From Thermodesulfobacteriota bacterium (GTDB lineage Bacteria; Desulfobacterota_D; UBA1144; Nemesobacterales; JAJCZQ01), in contig OZ244044.1 in NCBI GenBank assembly GCA_965215275.1, forward strand, positions 477,548 to 541,547: a stretch of 64,000 bases of DNA, written 5' to 3'. Positions 1 to 9,150 of this stretch are shown here, in pieces. The translations under genes and the position numbers were made by a program. Every line of letters starts with the position of its first letter. Position 1 is the first letter of the stretch. The notes beneath the pieces are model-generated. The model was not told the origin of the DNA and ran no database searches. It saw only the letters and a program-made list of their open reading frames with translations.

Positions 1-609
1 TACGTATCCTCCGACAAGACCTATTACCAGCCCGGAACCGAACATCAGAAATACTTTTTGAACGTCAATAGAGAATATCCCGCTCGAGTGGTTCATCTGC
101 AAAACGACGTCAAAGACGAAAACCGCCATAATAACTCCAACCGGATCAATAAATACCCCTTCCTGCTCAAGGATGGTCCTCAAGTCCGACTTAACGTGAA
201 GACGCCTCAACAGAGGCTGAATTACAGTTGGTCCCGTAACGACCACAAGGGACCCGAATAAAAACGCCTGTGGCAGTGCAAAACCACCTATCAGCCAGGC
301 AAAAAATGCTGCTCCGATCATCGTGACCACTGCCCCTAAGGTGATCAGCACCAGTACAATGGAACCTTTGCTCTTTATCTCATCTTTCTCAAGGCTCAGT
401 CCTGCCTCGAACAGGATCACCGCGACAAAGATCTTGATTAAGGTCTCAAGCCCTTCGCCCAGTACCGAGGGATCAACAACGCCCAGCAGTTCCGGACCCA
501 GGCATATACCAAGCACCAGCAGAAATACAATGCTCGGAATGCTCGTCCAGGACGCGATTATCTGACATATAACACCGGCAATAAGTGCAATAACGATTAT
601 CGTTAGCAT
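1..609 (-). CDS. Cation/proton (Na+/H+) exchanger, CPA1/NhaP-like, N-terminal 203 codons; gene continues beyond the window start
   Basis: My own minus-strand translation from ATG at 609..607 (GAGG about 8 nt upstream) gives MLTIIVIALIAGVICQIIASWTSIPSIVFLLVLGICLGPELLGVVDPSVLGEGLETLIKIFVAVILFEAGLSL...LVVVTGPTVIQPLLRRLHV... It stays open to position 1 and shows serial hydrophobic helices. It is absent from the ORF track because no stop lies in the window. The + ORFs 58..261 and 323..565 are antisense shadows. Confidence 0.75.
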   Translation of the reverse strand, partial: MLTIIVIALIAGVICQIIASWTSIPSIVFLLVLGICLGPELLGVVDPSVLGEGLETLIKIFVAVILFEAGLSLEKDEIKSKGSIVLVLITLGAVVTMIGAAFFAWLIGGFALPQAFLFGSLVVVTGPTVIQPLLRRLHVKSDLRTILEQEGVFIDPVGVIMAVFVFDVVLQMNHSSGIFSIDVQKVFLMFGSGLVIGLVGGYV

Positions 610-691
610 ATACAGGCACCTCTTCCCTGTGAACCATCAACTGCGGAAGGAAGGAATATGTTAAGTAAATTTTTTCAATATCTCTATTGAT

Positions 692-718
692 TTAATGTAA
701 TAAAAAACATTACATTAA
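692..718. promoter_or_regulatory. Perfect 10-bp inverted repeat TTAATGTAAT-N7-ATTACATTAA (candidate operator) in a divergent intergenic region
   Basis: Read directly: 692..701 is the exact reverse complement of 709..718. It lies between the antiporter gene (start 609, -) and the small ORF at 739 (+). Confidence 0.4.
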
Positions 719-738
719 TACAGAGAAGGCTAAATCAA

Positions 739-927
739 ATGAAACCATTAAGCAAGAAAGAATGGGAAAAGATCAAAGAGAAAGAAAGACTGCTGAACGA
801 GATCAGTGAAGTGCTCAGGGTAAACGCCGACCAGATAGTCAGCAGACTCAACAAGTTCCTATCTGAAAATAAAGAAATGAAAAAAGAAATTGCCAGGCTG
901 ACCGATAAGATAAAAGCATCCAGGTAG
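739..927 (+). CDS. Small (62 aa) Lys/Glu-rich coiled-coil protein, function unknown
   Basis: ORF track; AGAAGG about 11 nt upstream of the ATG; heptad-like charged sequence; no recognisable family. Confidence 0.45.
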   Translation: MKPLSKKEWEKIKEKERLLNEISEVLRVNADQIVSRLNKFLSENKEMKKEIARLTDKIKASR

Positions 928-929
928 TC

Positions 930-2111
930 TCAGGTGGTAACCGTTTCAACCAGATGGTCCTGGCAGTCTGCAACCCTTTCACAGCATATCTGCTCCATGA
1001 CCTGCCTGGTCTGCATCTTCAGGGCGGAAATAGTGTGATCTCCGCCTTTTCTGCCAAGTGCCCCTACCCCGTACATAAAAGCCCTGCCCAGGAACGTAAA
1101 ATCCGCACCGCAGGCAAGACTTCTGATGATATCCGGACCTGATCTGATGCCACCGTCCATCATGATCCTTATCCTGTTTTTATACTTAGAGGATATTACC
1201 TTCAGAGCTTCTATCGTTGACTGTCCGGCGTCCAGCTGCCTGCCTCCGTGATTTGAAACTATGATCCCGTCAAAACCCAGCTGTACGGCTTTCTCCGCGT
1301 CCTTTTCGCTCGCAACGCCCTTGAGCACCAGTTTCGCTTTCCATTTATCACGAATACGCGACACCTTCTCCTCGTTCAGTCTTCCTGAGAAGGTCTCGTT
1401 CATGAACTGTCCCAGACCTTTCAGATCAAGACCCTTGGGCATGTACGGAATCAGATTCTCAAATCTCGGCCGGCCGTGTATGAGTGTATTAACCGCCCAT
1501 ACGGGTCTGCTTATCATCTGAACGACGTTCCTGACCGTCATTCTGGGAGGCATGGCAAGCCCGTTCCTTATATCCCTGGGTCTGTACCCGAAAGTGGGAA
1601 CGTCACAAAGGAGCACAAGCACCTTACATCCCGCATCTTCCACCCTTTGTATTATGCTGTCCATTACTTTATCCTCGGCCGGATGGTAAAGCTGAAACCA
1701 AAATCTGCCTTCGGTGATCTCACTGACCCGTTCTATACTGCTCGTACTCACCGTGCTTAAAACAAAGGGTATGTTATGATCATGGGCAGCTTCCGCCAGT
1801 ATATTTGCAGAATCAGGCCATATAAGTCCCTGAAGCCCGACGGGAGCAATACCAAAAGGGGCATCATAGGTAACTCCAAACAACTCGGTGCTCATATCCG
1901 ACCCTTTATATTCATTGAAGTACAGGGGAACGAGCTCCACTTTTCTTATATCAGAGACGTTCTTCCGTAGATTCACATCCTCGTTACAACCGCCATCCAG
2001 GTATTCAAATGCGAACTTCGGTATTCTTTTTTCTGCTCTTTTCCTCAGATCTTCAACAGTGGGATACTGGAGATCGAAGTGAAGTGGCGTCTTCGTTTTA
2101 TCCGAACTCAT
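930..2111 (-). CDS. FMN-dependent alpha-hydroxy-acid dehydrogenase/oxidase (L-lactate dehydrogenase / glycolate oxidase family)
   Basis: 393 aa with the family signature SNHGGRQLD and the TIM-barrel FMN pattern (GVASEKDAEKAV..GFDGIIVSNHGGRQLD...MDGGIRSGPDI). Confidence 0.9.
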   Translation of the reverse strand: MSSDKTKTPLHFDLQYPTVEDLRKRAEKRIPKFAFEYLDGGCNEDVNLRKNVSDIRKVELVPLYFNEYKGSDMSTELFGVTYDAPFGIAPVGLQGLIWPDSANILAEAAHDHNIPFVLSTVSTSSIERVSEITEGRFWFQLYHPAEDKVMDSIIQRVEDAGCKVLVLLCDVPTFGYRPRDIRNGLAMPPRMTVRNVVQMISRPVWAVNTLIHGRPRFENLIPYMPKGLDLKGLGQFMNETFSGRLNEEKVSRIRDKWKAKLVLKGVASEKDAEKAVQLGFDGIIVSNHGGRQLDAGQSTIEALKVISSKYKNRIRIMMDGGIRSGPDIIRSLACGADFTFLGRAFMYGVGALGRKGGDHTISALKMQTRQVMEQICCERVADCQDHLVETVTT

Positions 2112-2266
2112 ACCTAAATTCTATACAGTTAAACAGATGAATAAAAGGATCGAAACCGTCTGCAGTATCGCAGCGTGTCAGTAAAGTGCACATTCAGATA
2201 CTGTACCTTTATGACAATTGAATAAATTCACAAGAACAAGTAGCTTATAGACCCGAGGAATATACT

Positions 2267-3988
2267 ATGAAACTATCTCAATACTTCATACCAACGTTAA
2301 AGGAAAACCCTGCCGATGCAGAGATAATAAGTCACAGGCTTATGATACGGGCAGGCATGATAAGAAAACTTGCAGCAGGAGTATACGATTATCTGCCCAT
2401 CGGACTTAAGTGCATCAGGAAAGTGGAAAACATAGTTCGGGAGGAAATGAACAGAGCAGGAGCAATTGAACTTCTCATGCCATTTGTCTCCCCGGCCGAA
2501 CTTTGGAAGGAAAGCAAAAGATGGGATTACTATGGAAAAGAACTTTTAAGATTCAAGGACCGTGCGGATAGGGATTTCTGTCTGGGTCCCACTCACGAGG
2601 AAATAATCACTGATATCGTCAGAAAAGAAGTCCGTTCCTACAAACAATTACCTATAAACCTCTACCAGATCCAGACAAAGTTCAGGGACGAGATCAGACC
2701 GAGGTTTGGAGTAATGCGGGCAAGGGAGTTCATTATGAAGGACGCTTACAGTTTTGACGCCACGGACGAGGGAGCCGACAGGTCCTATATGCTTATGTAC
2801 GAAGCTTATAACAGAATATTCGAACGGTGCGGGCTTGAGTTCAAGGCGGTCCTTGCCGACACCGGCAACATAGGCGGGAACTTCTCCCACGAGTTCATGG
2901 TACTTGCACCCACCGGTGAAGATGTAATTATGAGTTCAACAGACTCGGATTACGCAGCTAATCTTGAACTTGCAGAAATAGGTATTACTGAAGACGAAAA
3001 AGAACGTGAAAGGTCCGGTAAAGATATGGAGATCATTACCGAGGTCGACACGCCGGATATGAAAACCGTTGAAGAAGTCGCCACTGACCTTAAAGTTACC
3101 ACAGACAGATTGATAAAGACCCTGATAGTTAAAACTGATAAAGAGATCATTGCGGCCCTGGTCAAAGGCGACGCGGAGCTCAGTCTGGCAAAGCTGAGAA
3201 AAACGGCCGGAGCGGAGTTTGCGGAACTGGCAAGTCCGGAAGTGATAAAAGAAAACACCGGCGGACCGCTCGGGTTCAGTGGCCCCGTCGGGATGAAAAA
3301 AAAGATAAGGATAATAGCGGACAGGTCCATCCGGAACGTTCAGAACGCCGTTACTGGTGCAAATAAAGCTGATAAGCACCTGACGGGAGTTAACGCAGGA
3401 AGGGATTTTGAAGCAGACCTATATGCCGACATTCGCCTGGCAAAAGACGGTGATAAATGCCCGGTATCAAAAAGCGGCAGTTTAAAGTCAACAAGAGGCA
3501 TAGAGGTAGGACACGTGTTTAAACTCGGGACCAAGTACAGCGAAGCTATGAACGCGACCTTTTCAGACGTGGATGGTAAAGAAAAGCCTTTTATTATGGG
3601 CTGCTATGGAATAGGGGTCGGAAGAACGTTAGCTGCGGCAATTGAACAAGGGAACGACGCGGCTGGAATTAAGGTCCCCGCACCAATTGCACCTTTCGAG
3701 ATATCTGTCATCCCAACTACCTTAAAGGACGAAAAGGTAAGGTCAGTATCTGAAAAAATTTACAAAGCCCTGAACAGCAAGGGTGCAGACGTACTTATTG
3801 ACGACCGTAACGAAAGTGCGGGAGTTAAGTTCAAAGACGCAGACCTTATAGGTATTCCTTTTCAGATAATAATCGGACCAAGAACCCTTGAGAACGAGGA
3901 AGCAGAAATGAAGGACAGGACTAATGGGGTATTAAAAAAGGTCAAGGTTGATGAGGTAGTGGACGAGGTCAGCAAGTTACTGGACTAA
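2267..3988 (+). CDS. proS: Prolyl-tRNA synthetase (bacterial type with editing insertion)
   Basis: 573 aa; N-terminus MKLSQYFIPTLKENPADAEIISHRLMIRAGMIRKLAAGVYDYLPIGL is typical ProRS; class II motifs (FRDEIRPRFGVMRAREF, GCYGIGVGR). Confidence 0.97.
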   Translation: MKLSQYFIPTLKENPADAEIISHRLMIRAGMIRKLAAGVYDYLPIGLKCIRKVENIVREEMNRAGAIELLMPFVSPAELWKESKRWDYYGKELLRFKDRADRDFCLGPTHEEIITDIVRKEVRSYKQLPINLYQIQTKFRDEIRPRFGVMRAREFIMKDAYSFDATDEGADRSYMLMYEAYNRIFERCGLEFKAVLADTGNIGGNFSHEFMVLAPTGEDVIMSSTDSDYAANLELAEIGITEDEKERERSGKDMEIITEVDTPDMKTVEEVATDLKVTTDRLIKTLIVKTDKEIIAALVKGDAELSLAKLRKTAGAEFAELASPEVIKENTGGPLGFSGPVGMKKKIRIIADRSIRNVQNAVTGANKADKHLTGVNAGRDFEADLYADIRLAKDGDKCPVSKSGSLKSTRGIEVGHVFKLGTKYSEAMNATFSDVDGKEKPFIMGCYGIGVGRTLAAAIEQGNDAAGIKVPAPIAPFEISVIPTTLKDEKVRSVSEKIYKALNSKGADVLIDDRNESAGVKFKDADLIGIPFQIIIGPRTLENEEAEMKDRTNGVLKKVKVDEVVDEVSKLLD

Positions 3989-3994
3989 ACTTTT

Positions 3995-4060
3995 TGGGAT
4001 CACATAACATAGTGACGAGGCTTCCAAAAAATTGATAACTTATTTTCAATTTAATATAAA
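3995..4060 (+). promoter_or_regulatory. Sigma70-like promoter (TTGATA-17-TATAAA) preceded by a conserved ATAGTGACGAGGCTTCCAA element; a second copy lies upstream of the IS1595 transposase (62904..62973)
   Basis: TTGATA at 4032..4037, a 17-nt spacer and TATAAA at 4055..4060. The upstream block TGGGA...CATAGTGACGAGGCTTCCAAAAAAT aligns with 62904..62944 (about 20 of 23 in the core). Confidence 0.45.
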
Positions 4061-4099
4061 AGTATGTAATTCCTAAACTTTAAAGAAAGGCACTTAATT

Positions 4100-5119
4100 A
4101 TGGCTATCTATACATTACAACACAGATCACTCAACAAAATTCACAAAACAGACTTCGGAATGGATGGAATAAAAGAAAAAGATCTACGAATTGCAATAAA
4201 AGAGCAAATTGAGATCATTGCCCCAGACTGTCTCGTGATTGCCGAAGAATTCTCACAATGGGAAGATTCTAATCACCGAATTGATCTTCTGGCAGTTGAT
4301 AAAAAAGCAAATCTTGTTGTTATTGAGTTTAAACACACTAAAACAGGAGTTCAAATGGAACTTCAATCTCTAAGTTATGCCGCAATGGTTTCAACGCTTA
4401 CTTTTAAAAGTGCTGTTGAAACATATCAAAAATATCTTGGAAGTAATGCTATGGCTGAATATAATCTTCTGAACTTTTTAGGATGGGAAAGACCACAAGA
4501 GGATAATTTTGCATCAGATGTTCGTATTATCTTGATATCAGAGGATTTTTCTACAGAACTGACAACTTCAATCAAGTGGTTAAATAAAAAAGATATAGAT
4601 ATCAATTGTATTCGTTTAACCCCATATAAACATCAAGAACAGGTATTTATTGATGTTCAGCAGATTATTCCATTACCGGAGACTGAAAAACGCCAAACCA
4701 GAATAAAAGAACAGTTAAAGGAACAAAAATCAGTAAGATCCGGGAATGACTATACTAAATATGTTTTTGAAGGAACCATTTATAACAAGAAAAACTTGGT
4801 CTTGGCCGTTATAAGTAAATGGTTTAAAGATTATTCTCCAGAAAATATCCAAGAATTACAGAAAATATTCCCTCAAAATCTACTCTCAAAGGGGTTGTTT
4901 GCTGAAGAAAAAAAGGCAAAAGAAATAAGAAACCGAACTGGACACACCAGACATTTTATTATAAATAATCAGATCCTTAAATTCCCTGACGGAAGTAAGT
5001 ATGCTATTTGTGATCAGTGGGGTGGCGAAGAACATAAGAGATTTATTATCCATGCTAAATCGCTCGGCTATGTAATCGAAGAAGCAAGAAACACACTTAA
5101 AATCTATGGTGGATACTAA
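4100..5119 (+). CDS. PD-(D/E)XK nuclease-fold protein (NucS/DUF91-like N-domain) with an uncharacterised C-terminal domain
   Basis: 339 aa; motif HRIDLLAVDKKANLVVIEFKHTK gives the D...E-x-K nuclease core; it is the first gene of an AT-rich patch. The family assignment is by motif only. Confidence 0.6.
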   Translation: MAIYTLQHRSLNKIHKTDFGMDGIKEKDLRIAIKEQIEIIAPDCLVIAEEFSQWEDSNHRIDLLAVDKKANLVVIEFKHTKTGVQMELQSLSYAAMVSTLTFKSAVETYQKYLGSNAMAEYNLLNFLGWERPQEDNFASDVRIILISEDFSTELTTSIKWLNKKDIDINCIRLTPYKHQEQVFIDVQQIIPLPETEKRQTRIKEQLKEQKSVRSGNDYTKYVFEGTIYNKKNLVLAVISKWFKDYSPENIQELQKIFPQNLLSKGLFAEEKKAKEIRNRTGHTRHFIINNQILKFPDGSKYAICDQWGGEEHKRFIIHAKSLGYVIEEARNTLKIYGGY

Positions 5120-5417
5120 CTAATAAAAAGTTGCCCAGAGTAAATCAAGCAAGTTCATACTTGTTAAAAGACTTAAAGCAGTAGATTTTATAGAATATGA
5201 TTATAGGGGGAGGTGGAAGGGGGACATAGGCGGGCTGTACATGAATAATATCCCCAGCTATTTACTACTATTTCTGGATAAGATGGAGATGATATTGTTA
5301 AAGCTCATATCACTGAATGGAATACTTTTAAAAGAGACATAATAAGATTAGATAAAGAAAATAATAGAGAAAGTCGTGGTAGCAAAGCAAGAAGATATCT
5401 TCGATAGGGAGGCATAT

Positions 5418-5807
5418 ATGAATAAAGATAAGAAAGTTGTAAACGAGTTTGATAATCCATCTCCATCTATGTCAGATTTTAAGAAGGAATTTAAAGACAA
5501 TTATAATATGGATGCTACAAAAGAATTTTATGTTGAAGAGTTAGAAGATATAAGAGATATACAATATCACGGTAAACATAAAGGATATAAGATGTTTACT
5601 TATTTTGATGATGAAAGAAATGAACTTCGTGGCAGATGTCCGGTGCTTGGTATAAGCATAGGGGAGAACTTTATTGGAAAGAAAGGCATCGATCCTATGG
5701 TTAAAGAGATAAAAGATGTTATAGATTGGTTTACTTCTGGTATCAGGGAAGGTGAAAGTAAAGGAGTATATTATAGTCCGTTTTTAAAGAAAAATATTAG
5801 AGTTTAA
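5418..5807 (+). CDS. Hypothetical acidic protein; paralogue of 28551..29156
   Basis: ORF 5376..5807, trimmed to ATG 5418 because GGGAGG lies 5 nt upstream. Its C-terminal about 100 aa aligns with the 201-aa ORF at 28551..29156 (YHGK[HY]KGYKMFTY ... SPFLKK[ND]I[RK]V). Confidence 0.7.
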   Translation: MNKDKKVVNEFDNPSPSMSDFKKEFKDNYNMDATKEFYVEELEDIRDIQYHGKHKGYKMFTYFDDERNELRGRCPVLGISIGENFIGKKGIDPMVKEIKDVIDWFTSGIREGESKGVYYSPFLKKNIRV

Positions 5808-5822
5808 TTAAAAGGAAATAAT

Positions 5823-5999
5823 ATGAAATTAAAAAGAAGGGAAATAGATCGTCTTAACGATCAGATGAAATATGTTATAGATGAATTGATAGGTATATCG
5901 GAAGCGTTGGAAATAGTAGAGGAAAAATTAGGGTTGGAAAGATACGATAGAAAGAAAAAGATAAAAAAGTTAAAGAAAACAGAAAAGAAATTAAAATAA
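5823..5999 (+). CDS. Hypothetical 58-aa basic/coiled-coil protein (below the ORF-track length cutoff)
   Basis: My translation gives MKLKRREIDRLNDQMKYVIDELIGISEALEIVEEKLGLERYDRKKKIKKLKKTEKKLK. AAGGAAA precedes the ATG, and the ORF is packed in the same orientation between neighbours. Confidence 0.45.
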   Translation: MKLKRREIDRLNDQMKYVIDELIGISEALEIVEEKLGLERYDRKKKIKKLKKTEKKLK

Positions 6000-6011
6000 G
6001 GAGAAAAGATA

Positions 6012-6281
6012 ATGGATATAAGAGAATTATCAGAAGATATGATTAAAAATATATCAGAAAATATAGTTAAATCTGTAGAAGAGAATATAAATAAACAAGT
6101 TAATGATAGATTAAAATTACATATGAAAGATGTTGAAAATTATATAAATAAAGAGATGGACTTATTTCACAAAGATGTGGATGAATTAAGAGAAGATATG
6201 AATAAACAATATAAGGAAAATAATGAATTGATAAAAGAATTAACGAATATGTTGATGGAGGATATGGAAGAAGAGGAGTAA
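6012..6281 (+). CDS. Hypothetical 89-aa acidic coiled-coil protein
   Basis: ORF track; AAGGAG 8 nt upstream; very low GC; no recognisable family. Confidence 0.55.
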   Translation: MDIRELSEDMIKNISENIVKSVEENINKQVNDRLKLHMKDVENYINKEMDLFHKDVDELREDMNKQYKENNELIKELTNMLMEDMEEEE

Positions 6282-6284
6282 ATA

Positions 6285-6407
6285 ATGGCTAAATTAAATT
6301 CTATTAGAATTGTGTTTGATAAAGATATTGATTCAAATTCTGAATCTTACAAACAAGTTTTGAATGAATATAAGATTATTTACAGGAATAAATTATGCCT
6401 AAATTAA
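6285..6407 (+). CDS. Hypothetical 40-aa ORF (MAKLNSIRIVFDKD...); its N-terminal motif recurs at 6395
   Basis: GAGGAG 7 nt upstream of the ATG. A second start at 6395 encodes MPKLRSIRVNFNKNNN... and then runs antisense into the clpB 3' end. Confidence 0.3.
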   Translation: MAKLNSIRIVFDKDIDSNSESYKQVLNEYKIIYRNKLCLN

Positions 6408-6453
6408 GATCAATTAGAGTTAATTTTAACAAAAATAATAATCCTGATTCTAT

Positions 6454-9039
6454 TTATCTCTTTTCATTAAAAACCAACTTTTTATCCTCACCTAACCCAA
6501 CGCACACCAAGTTCCCCTCTGTAAATTCACCATTGAGCAGTTTCGAAGCCAAGGGGTCCTGAACATATTTCTGTATGGTCCTTTTAAGAGGTCTTGCGCC
6601 GTAAACGGGGTCGTATCCAAGTTTCGCTATATGCTTCTTTACTTCATCGCTCAGCTCAAGCCTAATATTCTTCTCCTCCAGCCTTCTGCTCAGATAATCG
6701 ATCTGTATGCCGACTATTCTGACCAGCTGCTCTATTGCCAGTGGTTTGAAAATTATTGTCTCATCAATGCGATTCAAGAATTCCGGTCTAAAAGAACCTC
6801 TCAGAACTTCATTGACCTTTTTCACCATCTCATCCTCGTCAGATAAAAGTTCCTGAATATAATGACTTCCAAGATTAGAGGTCATTATGATCACCGTGTT
6901 CTTAAAATCCACGGTCCTCCCCTGTCCATCGGTCAGCCTGCCGTCGTCAAGGATCTGAAGCAGAATATTAAAGACGTCTCCGTGTGCCTTTTCGATCTCG
7001 TCAAACAGTATTACGGAGTACGGACGCCTTCTTACGGCTTCGCTTAACTGACCACCTTCTTCATAGCCAACGTAGCCGGGAGGTGCACCCACTAATCTCG
7101 AAACCGCATGCTTTTCCATATACTCGCTCATGTCGACCCTCACCATTGCACGTTCATCATCGAACATGAACTCCGCAAGGGCCCTTGCAAGCTCGGTCTT
7201 ACCCACGCCGGTTGGTCCAAGGAATATAAACGAACCTATCGGTCTGTCCGGGTCGGAAAGACCCGCACGAGACCTTCTCAACGCGTTTGAAACAGCTTCT
7301 ATTGCTTCATGCTGTCCAATCACCCTTTGAGAAAGCTTATCTTCCATGTGAACGAGTTTTTCAACTTCACCTTCCATAAGCTTTGAAACGGGCACGCCGG
7401 TCCATTTGGAAACGATCAGTGCAATATCCTCCGCTTCAACTTCCTCTCTGAGCATTTTTTTCTCTCCCTGCAGCCTGGAGAGTTTCCTGTTCCCATCTTC
7501 AAGTTCACTGTTCAGTTCCGGAAGCCTTCCGTAAAGGAGTTCCGATGCCCTGGACAGGTCCCCTTCCCTCTGGGCTTTTTCCGCGTCGGTCTTCTGCTGC
7601 TCGATCTTTTCCTTAATTTCCCTGATACCCGTTATTAACTCTTTTTCCCTCTGCCAGTGAGACTTAAGACCACCCGATTCCTCTTTTAAATTGGCCATGT
7701 TCTCCTCAATGGCTTTCAGTTTTTCTTTTGAAGCTTTATCTTTCTCCTTTTTCAGTCCCTCTTTCTCGATCTCCAGCTGCAGGATCTTTCTTTCGATCTC
7801 GTCTATATCGGTTGGCATTGAGTCTATTTCCATTTTAAGTTTGGCAGCCGCCTCGTCAATAAGATCAACGGCTTTATCGGGCAGAAACCTGTTGGAGATA
7901 TACCTGTCGGAAAGAACGCCTGCTGCGATAATCGCCTCATCCTTTATTTTTACGCCGTGGTGGATCTCATATTTTTCCTTCAGGCCACGAAGGATCGATA
8001 TAGAATCCTGCACGGAAGGTTCATCAACGAACACCTGCTGAAACCTTCTTTCAAGCGCGGCGTCCTTCTCGATGTATTTCCTGTATTCATCAAGGGTCGT
8101 TGCACCGATACAGTGAAGCTCCCCTCTTGCAAGCGCCGGCTTGAGCATGTTTGAAGCATCAAGTGACCCTTCAGCGCCCCCGGCACCCACGACGGTATGG
8201 ATCTCATCAATAAAAAGAATTATCTCACCTTGCGATTCAGATACTTCTTTCAACACGGCCTTTAATCTTTCCTCGAACTGACCTCTGTATTTTGCACCTG
8301 CAAGGAGAGAACCGATATCCAGCGTTATGAGCCTCTTGTTCTTAAGCCCGTCCGGAACGTCACCTTTTACTATACGCTGAGCAAGTCCTTCAACGATCGC
8401 GGTCTTTCCCACGCCCGGCTCCCCTATCAGCACGGGATTGTTCTTTGTTCTTCGCAAGATCACCTGTATGACCCTTCTTATTTCGTCATCCCTTCCAATA
8501 ACTGGGTCGGTCTTTCCCTGCTCCGCCAGTTCGGTAAAATCCCTGCCGTATTTTTTAAGGGACTGGAAAGTATCTTCTGGTGATTGTGTATCCACTTTCT
8601 GATTACCTCTTATCTTTTTCAATACCTCTATGATATTAGCTTTTGTAACGTTCCTTTCTTTAAGCCCTTCCTTAAGTTCAGACAGAGCGTTCTCTGCGAT
8701 CCCTATAAGCAGATGTTCCGTGCTTATGTACTGATCACCCAGGGAACCTGCTTCCCTTTCGGCGGTATTAAAACATTTATTAAGCTCTCTGCTCGTGTAT
8801 ACCTGCTCTGAATCGGACGTGACCTTCGGAAGTTTTCCAACCTCGTTCAATGCAAGCTGCCTGACCTCCTGAACGCTCGAGCCAAGGTGCTCAATGATCT
8901 CTGCTGGAATTCCCCGCTCGCTCAGCAGAGCGGCCAGCAGATGAGAGACGTCAATTACCTGGTTCTTTTCATCAGTTGCCAGACCCTGTGCTCCAACGAC
9001 CGCTTCCTGAGACTTTACCGTTAATTTATCAAATTTCAT
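6454..9039 (-). CDS. clpB: Chaperone disaggregase ClpB (two AAA+ modules plus coiled-coil M-domain)
   Basis: 861 aa; Walker A motifs GEPGVGKT and GPTGVGKT; long coiled-coil between NBD1 and NBD2; typical ClpB length. Confidence 0.97.
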   Translation of the reverse strand: MKFDKLTVKSQEAVVGAQGLATDEKNQVIDVSHLLAALLSERGIPAEIIEHLGSSVQEVRQLALNEVGKLPKVTSDSEQVYTSRELNKCFNTAEREAGSLGDQYISTEHLLIGIAENALSELKEGLKERNVTKANIIEVLKKIRGNQKVDTQSPEDTFQSLKKYGRDFTELAEQGKTDPVIGRDDEIRRVIQVILRRTKNNPVLIGEPGVGKTAIVEGLAQRIVKGDVPDGLKNKRLITLDIGSLLAGAKYRGQFEERLKAVLKEVSESQGEIILFIDEIHTVVGAGGAEGSLDASNMLKPALARGELHCIGATTLDEYRKYIEKDAALERRFQQVFVDEPSVQDSISILRGLKEKYEIHHGVKIKDEAIIAAGVLSDRYISNRFLPDKAVDLIDEAAAKLKMEIDSMPTDIDEIERKILQLEIEKEGLKKEKDKASKEKLKAIEENMANLKEESGGLKSHWQREKELITGIREIKEKIEQQKTDAEKAQREGDLSRASELLYGRLPELNSELEDGNRKLSRLQGEKKMLREEVEAEDIALIVSKWTGVPVSKLMEGEVEKLVHMEDKLSQRVIGQHEAIEAVSNALRRSRAGLSDPDRPIGSFIFLGPTGVGKTELARALAEFMFDDERAMVRVDMSEYMEKHAVSRLVGAPPGYVGYEEGGQLSEAVRRRPYSVILFDEIEKAHGDVFNILLQILDDGRLTDGQGRTVDFKNTVIIMTSNLGSHYIQELLSDEDEMVKKVNEVLRGSFRPEFLNRIDETIIFKPLAIEQLVRIVGIQIDYLSRRLEEKNIRLELSDEVKKHIAKLGYDPVYGARPLKRTIQKYVQDPLASKLLNGEFTEGNLVCVGLGEDKKLVFNEKR

Positions 9040-9069
9040 GTTCTTAAAGTATTAACGAATTTCGATCAG

Positions 9070-9098
9070 GCAAGGGGTAATATTAAAATTTTTTCACC
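9070..9098 (-). promoter_or_regulatory. Candidate sigma32-type heat-shock promoter of clpB
   Basis: The minus strand reads GGTGAAA-N14-CCCCTTGC, compared with the E. coli consensus CTTGAAA-N13-15-CCCCATNT. It lies about 30 nt upstream of the clpB ATG. Motif match only. Confidence 0.35.
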
Positions 9099-9150
9099 TG
9101 TCAGAAGTAATTGACATAATTTTACCAACGAGCATATTTTTACAAGCGAG

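Noticed and set aside
58-565. + strand ORFs 58..261 and 323..565
   Set aside because: They are antisense to the much better supported minus-strand cation/proton antiporter reading frame, which is open across the whole of 1..609.
739-927. Resemblance of the 62-aa ORF to the coiled-coil linker region of alanyl-tRNA synthetase
   Set aside because: It is only a vague charged-heptad similarity recalled from memory, and it cannot be supported without a database search.
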